Source of the DNA: Paragordius varius
Taxonomy: Eukaryota; Animalia; Nematomorpha
Assembly: GCA_964247055.1 (NCBI GenBank)
Contig: OZ176051.1
Coordinates: 14,136,001 to 14,200,000 of the forward strand
Reading direction: 5' to 3'
Length of the DNA: 64,000 nt
The translations under genes were made by a program, and so were the position numbers. This document shows positions 40,027 to 52,100 of the stretch, one piece after another (position 1 is the first letter of the stretch; the number at the start of each line of letters is the position of its first letter). The notes under the pieces were generated by a model, which worked only from the letters and a program-made list of their open reading frames with translations, was not told the DNA's origin and ran no database searches.

Positions 40027-41559
40027 TTATAATGATCGGAATAGAAATGCTAAAATAAACAGTCTTTCCCAACCAGAGGATTTTATGATATATTTATTTA
40101 GATGAATGTAATCTTTCTTTATAACAATAATTTTAAAAGTTAAAACACATTTTTTGTTAAATTTTTTTATAACTCGCAACCCCATAATTTTGCTACGCAC
40201 CCCAAATGAGGTCGCGACCCATAGTTTAAGAAGCCCTGCACTAGACAACAAATTTTGACTTTTTTTAACTGCCATTCTTGTAAATTTAAAATTTATTTCA
40301 TTAAAGTACATAAATACTATATCTGAAAAGAAAATTGGTCTAGCACCCAAGAATTTTTTTATATCAGAGTTAATCGATAATTTTTGGCCCTAACATTAAG
40401 TCGAAATTTTGAAAATTAAAAATTTTCGAAGAAGCCATGTATTTGATATCATTCGAAAAAGCGCAAATAACTGTATCTTTTAAATGGTAGTAAGTCATTT
40501 AAATCAATCGGATGGAAAAGTTATTTGGATTTATATGGGCAAAATTTTCAATCATTAAATAAGTCAAAAATTTTCAGAGACAAACTAATTTAAAAATCAT
40601 ATAAATTTAATAATATTATTAGGGTTATATTAGTATTTAATTTTAAAATGTCTGAAAAAGCTTTTGTGTTTTTTTAATAAAAATTATTCTTATCATAAAT
40701 ATTTTACTTAGTGAATGCTAAAATACAGAGTTATAACTGTAAATTTATTACATAATGGCTTTAAAAAATCAAAAATACCTAGAACCTTGTTTTTATCTTT
40801 AAAATCTCGAAATTATCAGCCTCGTAAAGAAAATAAATTAATATTGATGAGATGGTAATTTTTAAAAAACCAAAAACTTTTAAATGGCTATTTTGAGTGA
40901 CATAAAAACAAGAAAAAATGTTTTAATTAAAAAAACTTACTTGTGTTATCTTTAATTAATGTATTTTTAAAAACTAATGGATGAAAATCAAACTTTCTCT
41001 AGACTAGATGGTGATGAATGTCCAAAAAAATGCTCTCGCTTCGCGCGTTTGTCGCTCTTTGTGTCCAATATTAACTGTCGATGTATTACACATTAGTATG
41101 CATTTTATAGAGTTTTTATTACTCTTTCGAATGATATATTACAAATGGGCATTACTTGTATATTTTCAAAGAAAAACATTTTTTAGTAAAATTTTATAAA
41201 GAGGGCACATAATCAAAAAAATCAGACTATACAAAATTCTTATGTGGAGTTATAATTTTTATTTCAGATTTACTGTTAAAATGATACTAAATATCAGAAA
41301 ATGCTAAAAACTCGAATGGCAGAAAAATTTGTTGTCCAGTGTTGTAAAAACTTATAACGCTTTGTGATACACCTAGTTAATGATAATTGTAACTTCAAGC
41401 AAAATAGTTAGTATATGATTCTTGTATTGTGATGTCACCACATGTTTGATTATTATTCAATAAATGTTTTCTATGTAATATAACTCTAGTTCTATTAGCT
41501 GCCAAAAACTCATGTAACGGATTTATTTTCTACCTTTATATCAGTTGTTAGAAAGAGGA

Positions 41560-42420
41560 TCTGCATACTGATTGCTTGATCTTCAACTCTCACCGGATTC
41601 ATCATACAGTATAATTGATATCCAATCCATTAAATTTTCCGAACCATTATTTTATTGATAATAAATTAATACTTGGCTATTCAAAGTATTCATCTAAATA
41701 ATTGTTGGATTACTTAGATATCTAAACATTTTGATTGTTGCCTTATGATAGGCTAATACAAACTTTCTTATATACTAAACTTTTATAGGGCATAGGAATT
41801 GCCCTTGCCTCTTTTCAATAACTAAAAATGGTGTTTTGCCTTTGCACATTTTGGAGACACGAAAATTGTCGACAGTTTTCCATCACTTGTAATAATATGT
41901 GATAAAACTGTTCCGATTCGTCCTTCAGTGCATCTGTTGCCAACATTGATGGCAGATTCGGGTTAAACGGTAATAATTGCTTAGTGGTTTAGCTATATCA
42001 AAAACCATTCTTTTGACGACCAACACCATTTCTTGGAACCTGTTAGCGCGTGTAAATCGGAATGAGCTTGTTGGAATAATATGAACGTGAAAATTCAACA
42101 TTCATAAGATATGCCTAAGTGATGTTTTATTGGTAAATGTAGAAAATTTGAAATTGTTTTTACCTTTTCGTTATCCAATATGGTCCCTTCATCCGAAATT
42201 TATAACTTAAATATGACACCGAAGAACGAGCTAATTGGATTTTATTTTGAATTCACTCCAAAGCCAATATGTTCCACTTTTAACAAATTATATTATACTT
42301 TACAGTAGCCTTAGTAACTAATACATAATCTAAGTAGCCGCTACCTGGACAATCTTTTGATATCTCATCCATAATTTGTTGTATCAATGGGGCACTAAAA
42401 ATTCCTAACATAAGTCTTTT
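41560..42420 (-). mobile_element. Gypsy RT/RNase H fragment
   Basis: KRLMLGI.SAP..QQIMDEISKDCPG..YLD; LLPFNPNLPSMLATDA; IEK..RAIPYAL on the minus strand, heavily frameshifted. Confidence 0.8.
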
Positions 42421-42429
42421 AAATCAAAA

Positions 42430-45400
42430 AATCTTATCTAAAAACTAAACATGTGAATTCTGATGTTAGTGGATGGGCGAGGCCTTATTTAGATCCAAGG
42501 TTAAAACTAACGAATAAAACGGAATCAATTAATCGGAAACCCAACATTAAAAATAACCAACTTAAATATTTGTTTTGTGAAGGTGTTGGTTGTTACACGG
42601 AACCACCATCAAGCTGTTTGTAAAAAAAGGATGCCTCCCTAAATGATTTGCATCTAGGCTAAGGTTGAAAATGAATTAAAAAGGCTTGAGAACCTGGGTA
42701 TTAATTAAGCCTAAACCCCTCGCAAATGCGAAAATACTGGATAATTCCGTTGTATATATTAAGAAAATAAAGATATTCGCATATGTGGTAAATTAAGAAT
42801 TACAGTACCCTTGTTTGGTTCCAGTCATTTGATTCTAAAGTTTTATCAGTTAGTTATGGGGGAAATCTTTTTACGTCATTTTAAAAGAGACCTCCTGGAA
42901 ATGCCCATCCACCAAGATTATTTTAATTCCTAGGGATTTTTACCTTTAAAAGATATCTGTTCAAAATTTCTAGTGTCGCAATAATATTTTAACAAATAAA
43001 GGATGAGTTATTAAAAGATTGTCCAGGTGCGGCAGTTTACTTAGATGATGAAATTGTCAGTGGAACTAGGGTAATGAACATCATTATAAATTGGAAAAAG
43101 GTTTGGACAGATTCGCCGCGGGTTTGAAATTAAAAAAAGCAAAAGGCAATTAGCTCTTCTTCTTTGTCATATTTAAAATTTATAATTCGGGTAAAGGAAT
43201 CAAACGTGACAACGAATAGGTAAAAGCAATTTTAAATTTGCTACACCTACCAATACGACATCAATTCGGTCTTTTTAGGAATTTTTAAAGCTCGTTTCTA
43301 TTTTTGCATCCTACAATCGCATTTACATGCGCTAACATCCAAGATGGTGTTGGTCGATAAAAGAATGCAAGGTTTTTGATAAAGCTAAACCACTAATTAG
43401 TAAAGGCGATCATTGCCTTTCAATCTAAATCTGCCATTAATGTTGGGAACAGATGCATCGAGTGACGGATTTGCAGCAGTCTCATCGCATATGTCAAGTA
43501 TTGGAAAACGGCCAACATCTTTTGCGTTTCGAAAATTTGCAAAGGCGGAACAACATCTCCTTTATTGAAAAAGAAGCAAGGGTAATTCCTTATGCGTTAG
43601 GAAAGTTTAAAATGCATATGTATGGAAGAAAGTTCGTATTAGTAACCGATCCTAAGCCACTAATCAAATTTGGCTATAAGAGACATTTGAGTAATAATAA
43701 AAATAGTATATTAAACAAGGAAGAACCGGCCATAGATTTAAAATACAATTTAATGGTTAAAAAAATTTAATGGATTGGTGTACCATATGAAGTACCAACT
43801 TAACACTTGGATACAACACATTCATTTCCGTCCTTCGATTCAAAATGGGGTAATTGAATACCCCAGGCCTGTTTAAAATTAAATTCTTTAAAAAATATGG
43901 CAGGAATCGAAAAAAAAGTTTTGCACTTATATAACTTTAATAAACCGAAATATATAAAATTTTTACAAAAATACTTGATATTACTTATTTTAAGCTAAAT
44001 CCTAAAGATAGAAATTTAGTCAAAGTGACATGTGTGCAATAGTAAAATTGAAAAATAGTATAAAATAAACCACTTTTTCTATTTCTCTTAATGTTAGATG
44101 TAATTTAAATAAAAAATTAGCTTTAATTTTACACCTTAAATTTAAATGAAGACGAATTTAGCAAAAAATTTGAAAAATAAAACTCGCTTCGAAATAGTTT
44201 GACATGGAATTTTTTTTTCAAAACGAAATTTTATTTAGATATTATATGTATATATTTATTATTAGGATAGAAGCATAAATTTAAATTTGGACATTTTCCT
44301 TTTTTTAAAATCCTAACTTAAATCTGGTAGATACCCCAATTCGAATCGAAGTGTTAAACACAGCGAAAATAAAAGAAAATGATGCGTTTTTTTTAGCATT
44401 AAGAGCGACTTTACATCATAAAGATTGGTCTGCTTCAATTTTAAATCCGATATTGAATGTGTAATCATATATAAGAATCGCATGGGTTCCAATATTGGGG
44501 CGTTCCTCTTCTAATTTCCTGAGCTTTGCGAAATGAAACATTAAAAGTTGTTATTGTAGAACATTCTGCAATCGTAATGAAAGAGTTTGCCAGCTAAAGT
44601 TTTTTGGCCAGGTATAAACCAAAATATTTAATGGGAAATTTTATATGGAGGGCCAGTTAAACCGAAGTAACATTAAAATCTATCCCACGCATACATGAAA
44701 TTCCATTGCGGATATATAGGAGAGGATACATCTGAATATTGCCGGTCCTATAGATGTTTTTTATTGGGTTGCTATCGATAGCAACTCAAGATTTGAGAAA
44801 GTTGTTAAAAAATCCTAATACTTCAAACATATTGCATTGGTAAGAAACATGGTGTCTAAGGTGCGGGTTTCCGCTGAGGATATTTAACAATACTGCTTTA
44901 TATTTTGCAACAAAAGAATTTAAAGATTCAACGGGCAAAAAATAAAGATGTCACAAGTGTCCCCTATCACCCACGAACAAATGAGCTATGTACCCCGTAA
45001 AAGCCCATCATAAATCGCTAGCTAATTCCATACCTTTAAACAAAAAAAATTGTGGTTATTGCTCCGCCGTTTTTAGCGCTAAAAAAAGATCCGTATAATA
45101 TATTTTATAAAAATATTACGACCCCATTTTGATATGTAAGAAACACCCTCGCAAAATGGGATGACGACTTCATGCCCAATATTTTGGCGAAGAATGTGCA
45201 TAAAGAATGAAATCAATATGGGATGGAGAAAAGGTTTAATCTGGGAAAAAACTGGATCTTTTATGGACTGCAAAAGATAGTAATCGAACCCTACGCAAAA
45301 ATGCGGATTAATTAGGGCCTACTGGCGTCGTGAAGAGTGAAGATTGGGATCAGACGGTAAACCTAACTGATGAATTTAGTAGTTCAACCAATAATCTGGA

Positions 45401-45530
45401 AGTGGTGGAGAGAAAAAGCAATGGAAATGAAAGCAAACAGGCTGAAATGGGAAAAACACCGGAGGAGGAACCAGAAAAGAATTAACGCTTAGCGAAAGAA
45501 AACGACCGGATTGATAAGGATATGTTAAAA
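42430..45530 (+). mobile_element. Gypsy pol relic 2 (RT-RNase H-integrase), interrupted by a piggyBac MITE
   Basis: KVENELKRLENLG; DCPGAAVYLDDEIVSG; TDASSDG; IEKEARVIPYALGKFKMHMYGRKFVLVTDPKPL; integrase remnants 44400-45000. Possible 3' LTR at 45523-45690 (TGTT..TTCA). Confidence 0.85.
43804..44353 (+). mobile_element. piggyBac-like MITE, copy 2
   Basis: TTAA|CACTT..AAGTG|TTAA. Confidence 0.88.
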
Positions 45531-45869
45531 TATTACATACTTGTAATACAAAATTTATACTAACCTTAGTTTAAAAGCAAATCTAGTATGAAATTAAACT
45601 ATGGTAAAACTTTATTGTATCACTTTGTGTAAAAGATGCATATGGTATTTTGGCTGAGACTAAAATGTTATATGCAACGCAAATATTTCAGGTCAGTTTT
45701 TAGATTTAACGTAATGAATATTCCTGTGATGTTTTTTGTTTAACCACAAGCTTATAAAGAATTTTACAAGATTGTTGTGTAAAATTATACAATATAGCTT
45801 ATTTTAAGAACTTACACCCCTTTTTAAAGTTGAAGTCTTGTTTCGCTTCTTATTAGTTCATGATATTTT

Positions 45870-47050
45870 AATTATATTTTATGACATAAAACATTTAGCT
45901 TTATCCTAAAAATATTTAACTAAATGTGGGTAAATTTTGCCATTTTCTGATATGGATCAATTATAACAAAAGTGTAAAAAAACTTTCTTAATGACCTCCA
46001 TGGCCAAAACCAAAATACTTAGTATATATTTATTTCCTCACGATTTTTTGGGGGCGCTGTGTATATAATAAATTAAAAAAAAATATTTTAAAAAAATGCA
46101 TACTTTATAGTTTAAATAAATTTTTTATTAACATTTTTATTGTATTTTAGAAACTGGTTAAAACACTTTTAAACACTATATCATGAATACTTACTAATTC
46201 TAATGCGCTGAACATCTTACGCGTCAATGCGATTAAATTTGTTCAGTCTTATAACTTAACATTTGGAAACTTACATAAGTAAATCAAATATTTCATCATG
46301 AATATATTTTTTGCAAAATTTAACAATTTTTTGGTGAAAGCTAATTGCTTAATTCCAAAAATATCACTAAAATATATTATAAACTACATATAAAGATATA
46401 TATTTTTCAAAATTTTAATTTTTGGATGTGGGCCCTGAAAGTGCCAAATTTTTCGTCTTTCTAAAATGGGCTAGCCCATAAAATAAACGCAAAAAAGCCG
46501 AGATTTCTCGATAAAATCTTTATATGCCAAATTTTGATATCAACAAAAATATTTCAAAAATGGTAATTGTTGAAGGGTACTAAATACTATTTTGAAGCAT
46601 GATGAAAGCGGTAAATACGCTTTAAGATATTATAAAAATAATATTTCTATATGTAGAACATTTCTATCACCTCAGATTTAGATTATAATATTTGTAGGTC
46701 CTAAATTTATGTTAAATAATGGTGCTTTTGTACAAATAACCCAAAGAAAGCTAAAAATCTTTAAAATTCTGATATATTATTACCATCGTCAAATTATATA
46801 GAAAAGATTGTTTTTATGATATCTTAAGCGTTACCCATTTCCAACATGCCTCAAAATAGTTTGAATTACGCTTCAACAATATTACTTAAATTAAATTTTT
46901 GAAAAAAGTATGCATTTTTTAAAAAAAATTTAAGTGAAAGTTTAGCATATACTTATAATATAAAGCAATCTCCTCCTTTGGGTTTATAAGGAAACTAGCC
47001 CATTTTAGGAAAGAAAAAAAATGGAATTTTTGGAGCCCATATCTAAAAAT
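45870..47050. mobile_element. FB-TA foldback family copy (degraded)
   Basis: Inverted ttctaaaatgggctagcc (46460) and gctagcccattttaggaaag (46995) motifs and shared internal blocks. Confidence 0.65.
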
Positions 47051-47129
47051 TATAATTATTTAAATTATTTCCCTTTCATACTCACAAACCTTATATATCA
47101 TCCCAAAAGATTAAAAAGGAGAATGGCAC

Positions 47130-48110
47130 TATATTTTGCAAAACAGAAGTACGAGAAAGATGGAAGGAATACACCCAAAAACTCTATCAGGCTCCTCAAT
47201 CAAAAGTTTTGCAATTAAAAGAGGAAGAACGTGATACAGAAATAAAGAGAGGAGGTTGAATTAGCCTGAAAACAAATTCCTAACAACAAAGCGGAATTAG
47301 ACAATATCCCAATAGAGTTTATAATAGCTATTACTGTAGATACGTTACACAAGTTATGTCAAAAGGTGTGGGAAACATGTGAGTGGCCAAACGACTGGAT
47401 ATCATCTGTATATCTCCCAATATACAAAAAAAGTGATGTACTCTAGTGCGAAAACTATCAAAACATAGCTCTTATTAGCCACGCTAGTAAGGTCTTGCTA
47501 AAAATAATATAAAACAGGATGCACAGTATTATACAGTCAGAATTACCAAATCAAGTCAGATTTATGAAGGGAAAAAGCACAAGAGACCATATATCAAACA
47601 TGAGAAGAATAATGGAAACATCTAGAGAGTTTCAGAAAGAGCTATACATGTGTTTTATTGATTACAGACAAGCCTTCCATTCGATTAATTATGACTCCTT
47701 GTGGGGGCCATTAAAGTTATTTGGGGTATCGTTCCACTTAATAAGATTGATTAACTCTCTCTATGTAAAACAAAGAGCGATCATAAGAACATCAGCAGGT
47801 TAGCTGAAAATGTAAATGATTTAAAATTGATCGAAGAGATTCGAAAGGAAAGTTTAAGTTATGGTCTTATGCTTAACCCTAACAAAAATAAAATATTATG
47901 TGCTGGAGAAAAGCCTACAATTATTATACTAGGAGTGGAAATAGAAATAGTTAAACACTTAAGTTTTTGGGTGCAGTAATTTCATGGTCTTCAACTCCTG
48001 ACATCAGAAAGAGAATAGGATTGGGTAAAGCGATGACCAAACTAATAAAGATTTGGAAAAACAAAAGCGTAGGAGTTTAAACAAAAGAAAATTACTCTAC
48101 TGTTTCGTTC
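47130..48110 (+). mobile_element. RTE-type LINE fragment (second subfamily, internally deleted)
   Basis: WPNDWISSVYLPIYKK..NYQNIALISHASKVLLKI..FMKGKSTRDHI..YMCFIDYRQAF; then jumps to GLMLN.NK.K and IRKRIGLGK. Confidence 0.9.
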
Positions 48111-48706
48111 TCGTCATTTTTTGGATAAGTGTTTAAAATCCACCAAAAGTATTTCATTTAACAAAATATTCCCAAACCATTTTCTACATGGAGAACTACT
48201 ACAAAAGTGCAATTATCATATTTATATCACTCGCAATAGTTAAAAACAAAAGCATGACGATCATCCTACAATTTTCTATCACAATATAAATATACATTGT
48301 GTGCAAAAATAGGTGAATTTTTTTTAACAAAAGAATGTTTTTTTCATGAAATAGCTTATGACCATTGATTTCTTATTCCCGTAAAAATTTAATTTGTTGA
48401 CGACTTAGTTTTTAAAATATGAGAAAATAGAAATCGTGGAAAAGTGAAAATTAAGGAAAATTCAATAATGATAAGTTGAAATATTATGGTATGTTATCAT
48501 TTTAGGAGATATTTTCAATATATAAATAGCCTAAAATCATATAGATAGGGTTTCTATAAAATCTCAGAAAGATGGCGTTTTTCTACGACTCTTATAAGTC
48601 AAATTTATGAAACTATATTAAAATAATTTTTTTAATTATTTATTAACTAAACTCACTAATAAAATCTATAAATTCATATATTATTCATTTCAATATCAAA
48701 ATAAAA

Positions 48707-50110
48707 CTAAATATTGTTTTTTATTTTTTCATTTGGGGTGCCATATCGTGCAAACCAACCTTCTAAAACTTTCAAAATACTGATCGAGTTCACTGTTTTA
48801 AGCTGTGCTACTTCCACCCAACGGGTGGGGTGATCTATAAGTATGACCCAGTATCTACGGGCCCCGCTATATCGAGATGCAATCGCTCCCAAACGGTGGT
48901 GTTCGGGTTCCATTTATAAGTCGGGCTATATCATAGCCACCCCATTGCAGGGTCCTCCTATTGATGACAATATTAATAATGATGATACCAATCCTTCCCC
49001 GGATATTTGTCAAGATTTCCACAATAATCAGCAAAGTCCCAACGGCGATAAGATTGCAGAACCCTCAAGCCTGGAAGTACCAGTCGAGAGACTCTATCCT
49101 ACCAGAAGCCGAAAAGCCCCTGACAGATACACAAATCACTTTTAAATTAGATAGTAGATATGTTATGTATAATAACTTAATTGTTTTTGTTAACTTAACT
49201 CAATTGATCTTATTTTAGTTACCTTATGAAAATATAATATTATCCTTCCCTTTTATCTTTGTGCATAATACACCTTTGTACTTGTTACGCTAAAAATATA
49301 TTATCTTGGTTGTGAATGCTTTTACTTAAATACTGTAAAATTGAACCTTATGCAAATATATAACTTGTAAATGCTTTCATCTAAATATTGAAATATTTAA
49401 CCTTATGCAAAAATGCAACCTCGCTCTAAAACTATATATAATGGAACATAGTTTTTTATGATATATAAATAAATTCCCTTTTTTTCGCTTATTACATTTT
49501 ATATAATAATGAAAATATTATTAATATTACCATCATTAAAAATTTCATTATTATTACCATTAGTAATACCATTATTATTACCATTAATACTTTCTATGTT
49601 ATCATTATTATATATTGCTAAGAATGATGGCTTTCATTATTATCCTGTATTCCTTTAATTACTAAATTTATTCGTAATTATTTAATATATTCCGTAAAAT
49701 TATTATTGATTTTATAAACTTATTTTTTCCATAATAATGAATACCGCGTAATACAAAAAATCGACCGCGCCAAATGTAATAAGCGAAAAAAGGGAATTTA
49801 TTATATATCATAAAAAACTATGTTCCATTATATATAGTTTTAGAGCGAGGTTGCATTTTTGCATAAGGTTAAATATTTCAATATTTAGATGAAAGCATTC
49901 ACAAGTTATATATTTGCATAAGGTTCAATATTACAGTGTTTAGGTAAAAGCATTCACAACCAAGATAATATACATTTTTAGCGTAACAAGTACAAAGGTG
50001 TATTATGCACAAAGGTAAAAGAGAAGGATAATATTATATTTTCTAAAGGTAACTAAAATAAGATCAATTGAGTTAAGTTAACAAAAACAATTAAGTTATT
50101 ATACATAACA
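48707..50110. mobile_element. Rearranged Gypsy relic 3 with two inverted LTRs
   Basis: Integrase core on - (WERLHLDIAGP..WFARYGTP); pol tail on + (RLYPTRSRKAPDRY); LTR(+) 49161-49496; LTR(-) 49775-50110 with PBS TGGCGCGGTCGA at 49761-49772. LTRs TGTTAT..ATTACA are near-identical. Confidence 0.88.
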
Positions 50111-50324
50111 ACACTTAAGTCAAGTCTTTTGCTTATCAATGTAACATTTCGCCACCAAATTCGAATTTTAGGGAAATTTTTTTAAAGCCAATATTTATGA
50201 AATAGGGCACAAAAAGATAAACAATTAATACAAATATGCAATTATTAAAGTTTTTAACTCAGTTGCACGTATTCTATTTAATATGATAGATTTTTCTAAA
50301 TATGAGCCCGGTGACTAATTTTAG

Positions 50325-51705
50325 GTTGATGAAAAATAATTCTTTACATGAATGGTAACGTAACCTTTAGCGTTTATTATTTTATATAAAATGAAGATTT
50401 GACAATTTAAAAGATTAATATTTAATGATTAATTTTTAGATATTTTCGAGGATCGAATTTTCTGCGGGTTCACGGGATCAATAAATTTAGCATATTTTAT
50501 ATGCATTGTTCGTAAATATTAGCAGAGTTTTTAAAAATTTATCCTCTTCTGTTACATCCAATTTGAATAGGTTAATTAGCCAAAAATTATCAAATAAACA
50601 ATTTATAAGATTAACAAATTTTATTCCATATAAAACCTAAATTATATACATATTTAATTTCTAAAATAATTTTATCCATAATTTTATGTGCCCTAGCCAC
50701 ACTTGCAAAATCTTTATTACTTGAACATATGATTTTTTACACCCCCAAATCATTTGCTTGACTTAAATCGTCTAATGTCAAATTTTTTTATCACATGAAA
50801 GCCAGCCATGACATGAAAAACTTGCAATTCGATTGAAAAAAAAATTTTATCACCCCACCCAATATTTCAAAAACGAGGTCGTAATCAAATAAAATATTTT
50901 ATATCACATGAATAAGCTGATCATAAGTTATCTCCTAAAAAAATTATTTTGTAAAAATTTTTCATAGTGTATATATTTTCAGCATGTTATTTTTTGTGCC
51001 CCCCGATTTTAGACACAATATAGCTAAAGAGGCTAATATAAAGGTGAGAAAATGCAAATAATAACTTTAAAATGCCCGGTTGTATTTTAGTGTAAACTTG
51101 AATATTTATTTTTAAATCAGCTTTTAAGTTGTTTTAAAGCTGTTCCAATTTTAGACTCTAAATGTTACATAGCTATAAAAATATAATATCTACATGGGTT
51201 GGGGTTAAAAAATTGTTTTGACTTGACTTGCAAGTTTTTCAAATCATGACTTGCTTACATAAAATTAACATTAGAGGACATAAGTCAAGCAAGAAAACTA
51301 GATTCGGAGGTGATAAAAAATCATATGATCAAGAAAATTGTTTTTGCAAGTGTGGTATAACGCACACTTAAATCTAAATATGGATAAAATTATTTTGGAA
51401 ACTATTTATGTATATAATTTGGGTTTTATGTGTATTTTAAACCTTTGTTAATGCTATAAACTGTTTATTTGATAATTTTTGGCTAATTAACCTGTTCAAA
51501 TTGGGTGGATACAAAAGGGGATAATTTTTTAGAAACTGCTAATATATAAGAACATAGAACATGCTAAATTTATCAATTCCGTGAACCCACAAAAAAATTT
51601 AATTCTTGAAAACATCTTAATATAAATAATTAAATATTAATCTTGTTTAAAATTTTCAAATCTTTTTAAAACAATAACTAAGGTTAATAAAGAGTTTATT
51701 TCCTC
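50325..51705. repeat. Long imperfect inverted repeat (putative foldback MITE)
   Basis: Arm ~50390-50830 is the reverse complement of ~51215-51670 (e.g. aaaaattatcaaataaaca / tgtttatttgataattttt; gggttcacggga / ttccgtgaaccc). Confidence 0.75.
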
Positions 51706-52100
51706 ATACATTTATTTTAAATGTAATGTTGATAATCAATTATAAATATATGTTCTATTGCAAACAATCATCTTCCCATTAAAACTGCAAATGGACTTCT
51801 AACAAAACGACGCGTTTGTGAGAGTGTTTTAAGGGCGTATGGTTTCATCAATTTAAAAATTTCAGTTAGCCTCAATATCTCTATAACAGTGGTATTCACC
51901 AAAAAAATTTGACGGGCCAAATAAAATATAATTTTTTTTCGAGGGCCATAAACCTTAAAATGGCAAAATTGCATAGCTATTTGACACATAGGCACATATT
52001 TATACTAATCAGCACAATAAATTTTTTGCGGATCGCTTGTAAATCCAGCTAAAAACTCGTTTGACTCCATTTAGTTTTAAAAATAAAATAATTTGATAAC

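Larger units (their letters stand above)
35618..40238. mobile_element. Non-autonomous hAT element carrying a LINE and a Helitron
   Basis: Perfect 16-bp TIR CAGGGCTTCTTAAACT at 35618 and inverted ending at 40238; exact 8-bp TSD CACTAGAC at 35610-35617 and 40239-40246. Confidence 0.85.
35610..41341 (+). mobile_element. CACTA-like element, copy 2 (body 40239-41341), inserted in the 3' LTR
   Basis: CACTAGAC(AACAAATTTT)..AAAATTTGTTGTCCAGTG; 3-bp TSD TTG at 35607-35609 and 41342-41344. Confidence 0.85.
31650..41497 (+). mobile_element. Ty3/Gypsy LTR retrotransposon relic 1 (3' LTR split by nested inserts)
   Basis: 5' LTR 31650-31843 (TGATGT..), PBS-like TGGCGCGTCG at ~31845. Gag with CCHC knuckle (CRFCG..H....C), protease LDTGSSVSII, RT YLDDILITG, RNase H TDASNKGYGAV, integrase LHIDIA..IVTDNASYFTS. 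Purine tract 35550-35564. 3' LTR = 35565-35609 + 41345-41497. Many stops and frameshifts. Confidence 0.93.

Noticed and set aside
48843-49145. 100-aa plus-strand ORF as a host gene
   Set aside because: It fuses antisense integrase sequence to a Gypsy pol tail directly upstream of an LTR.
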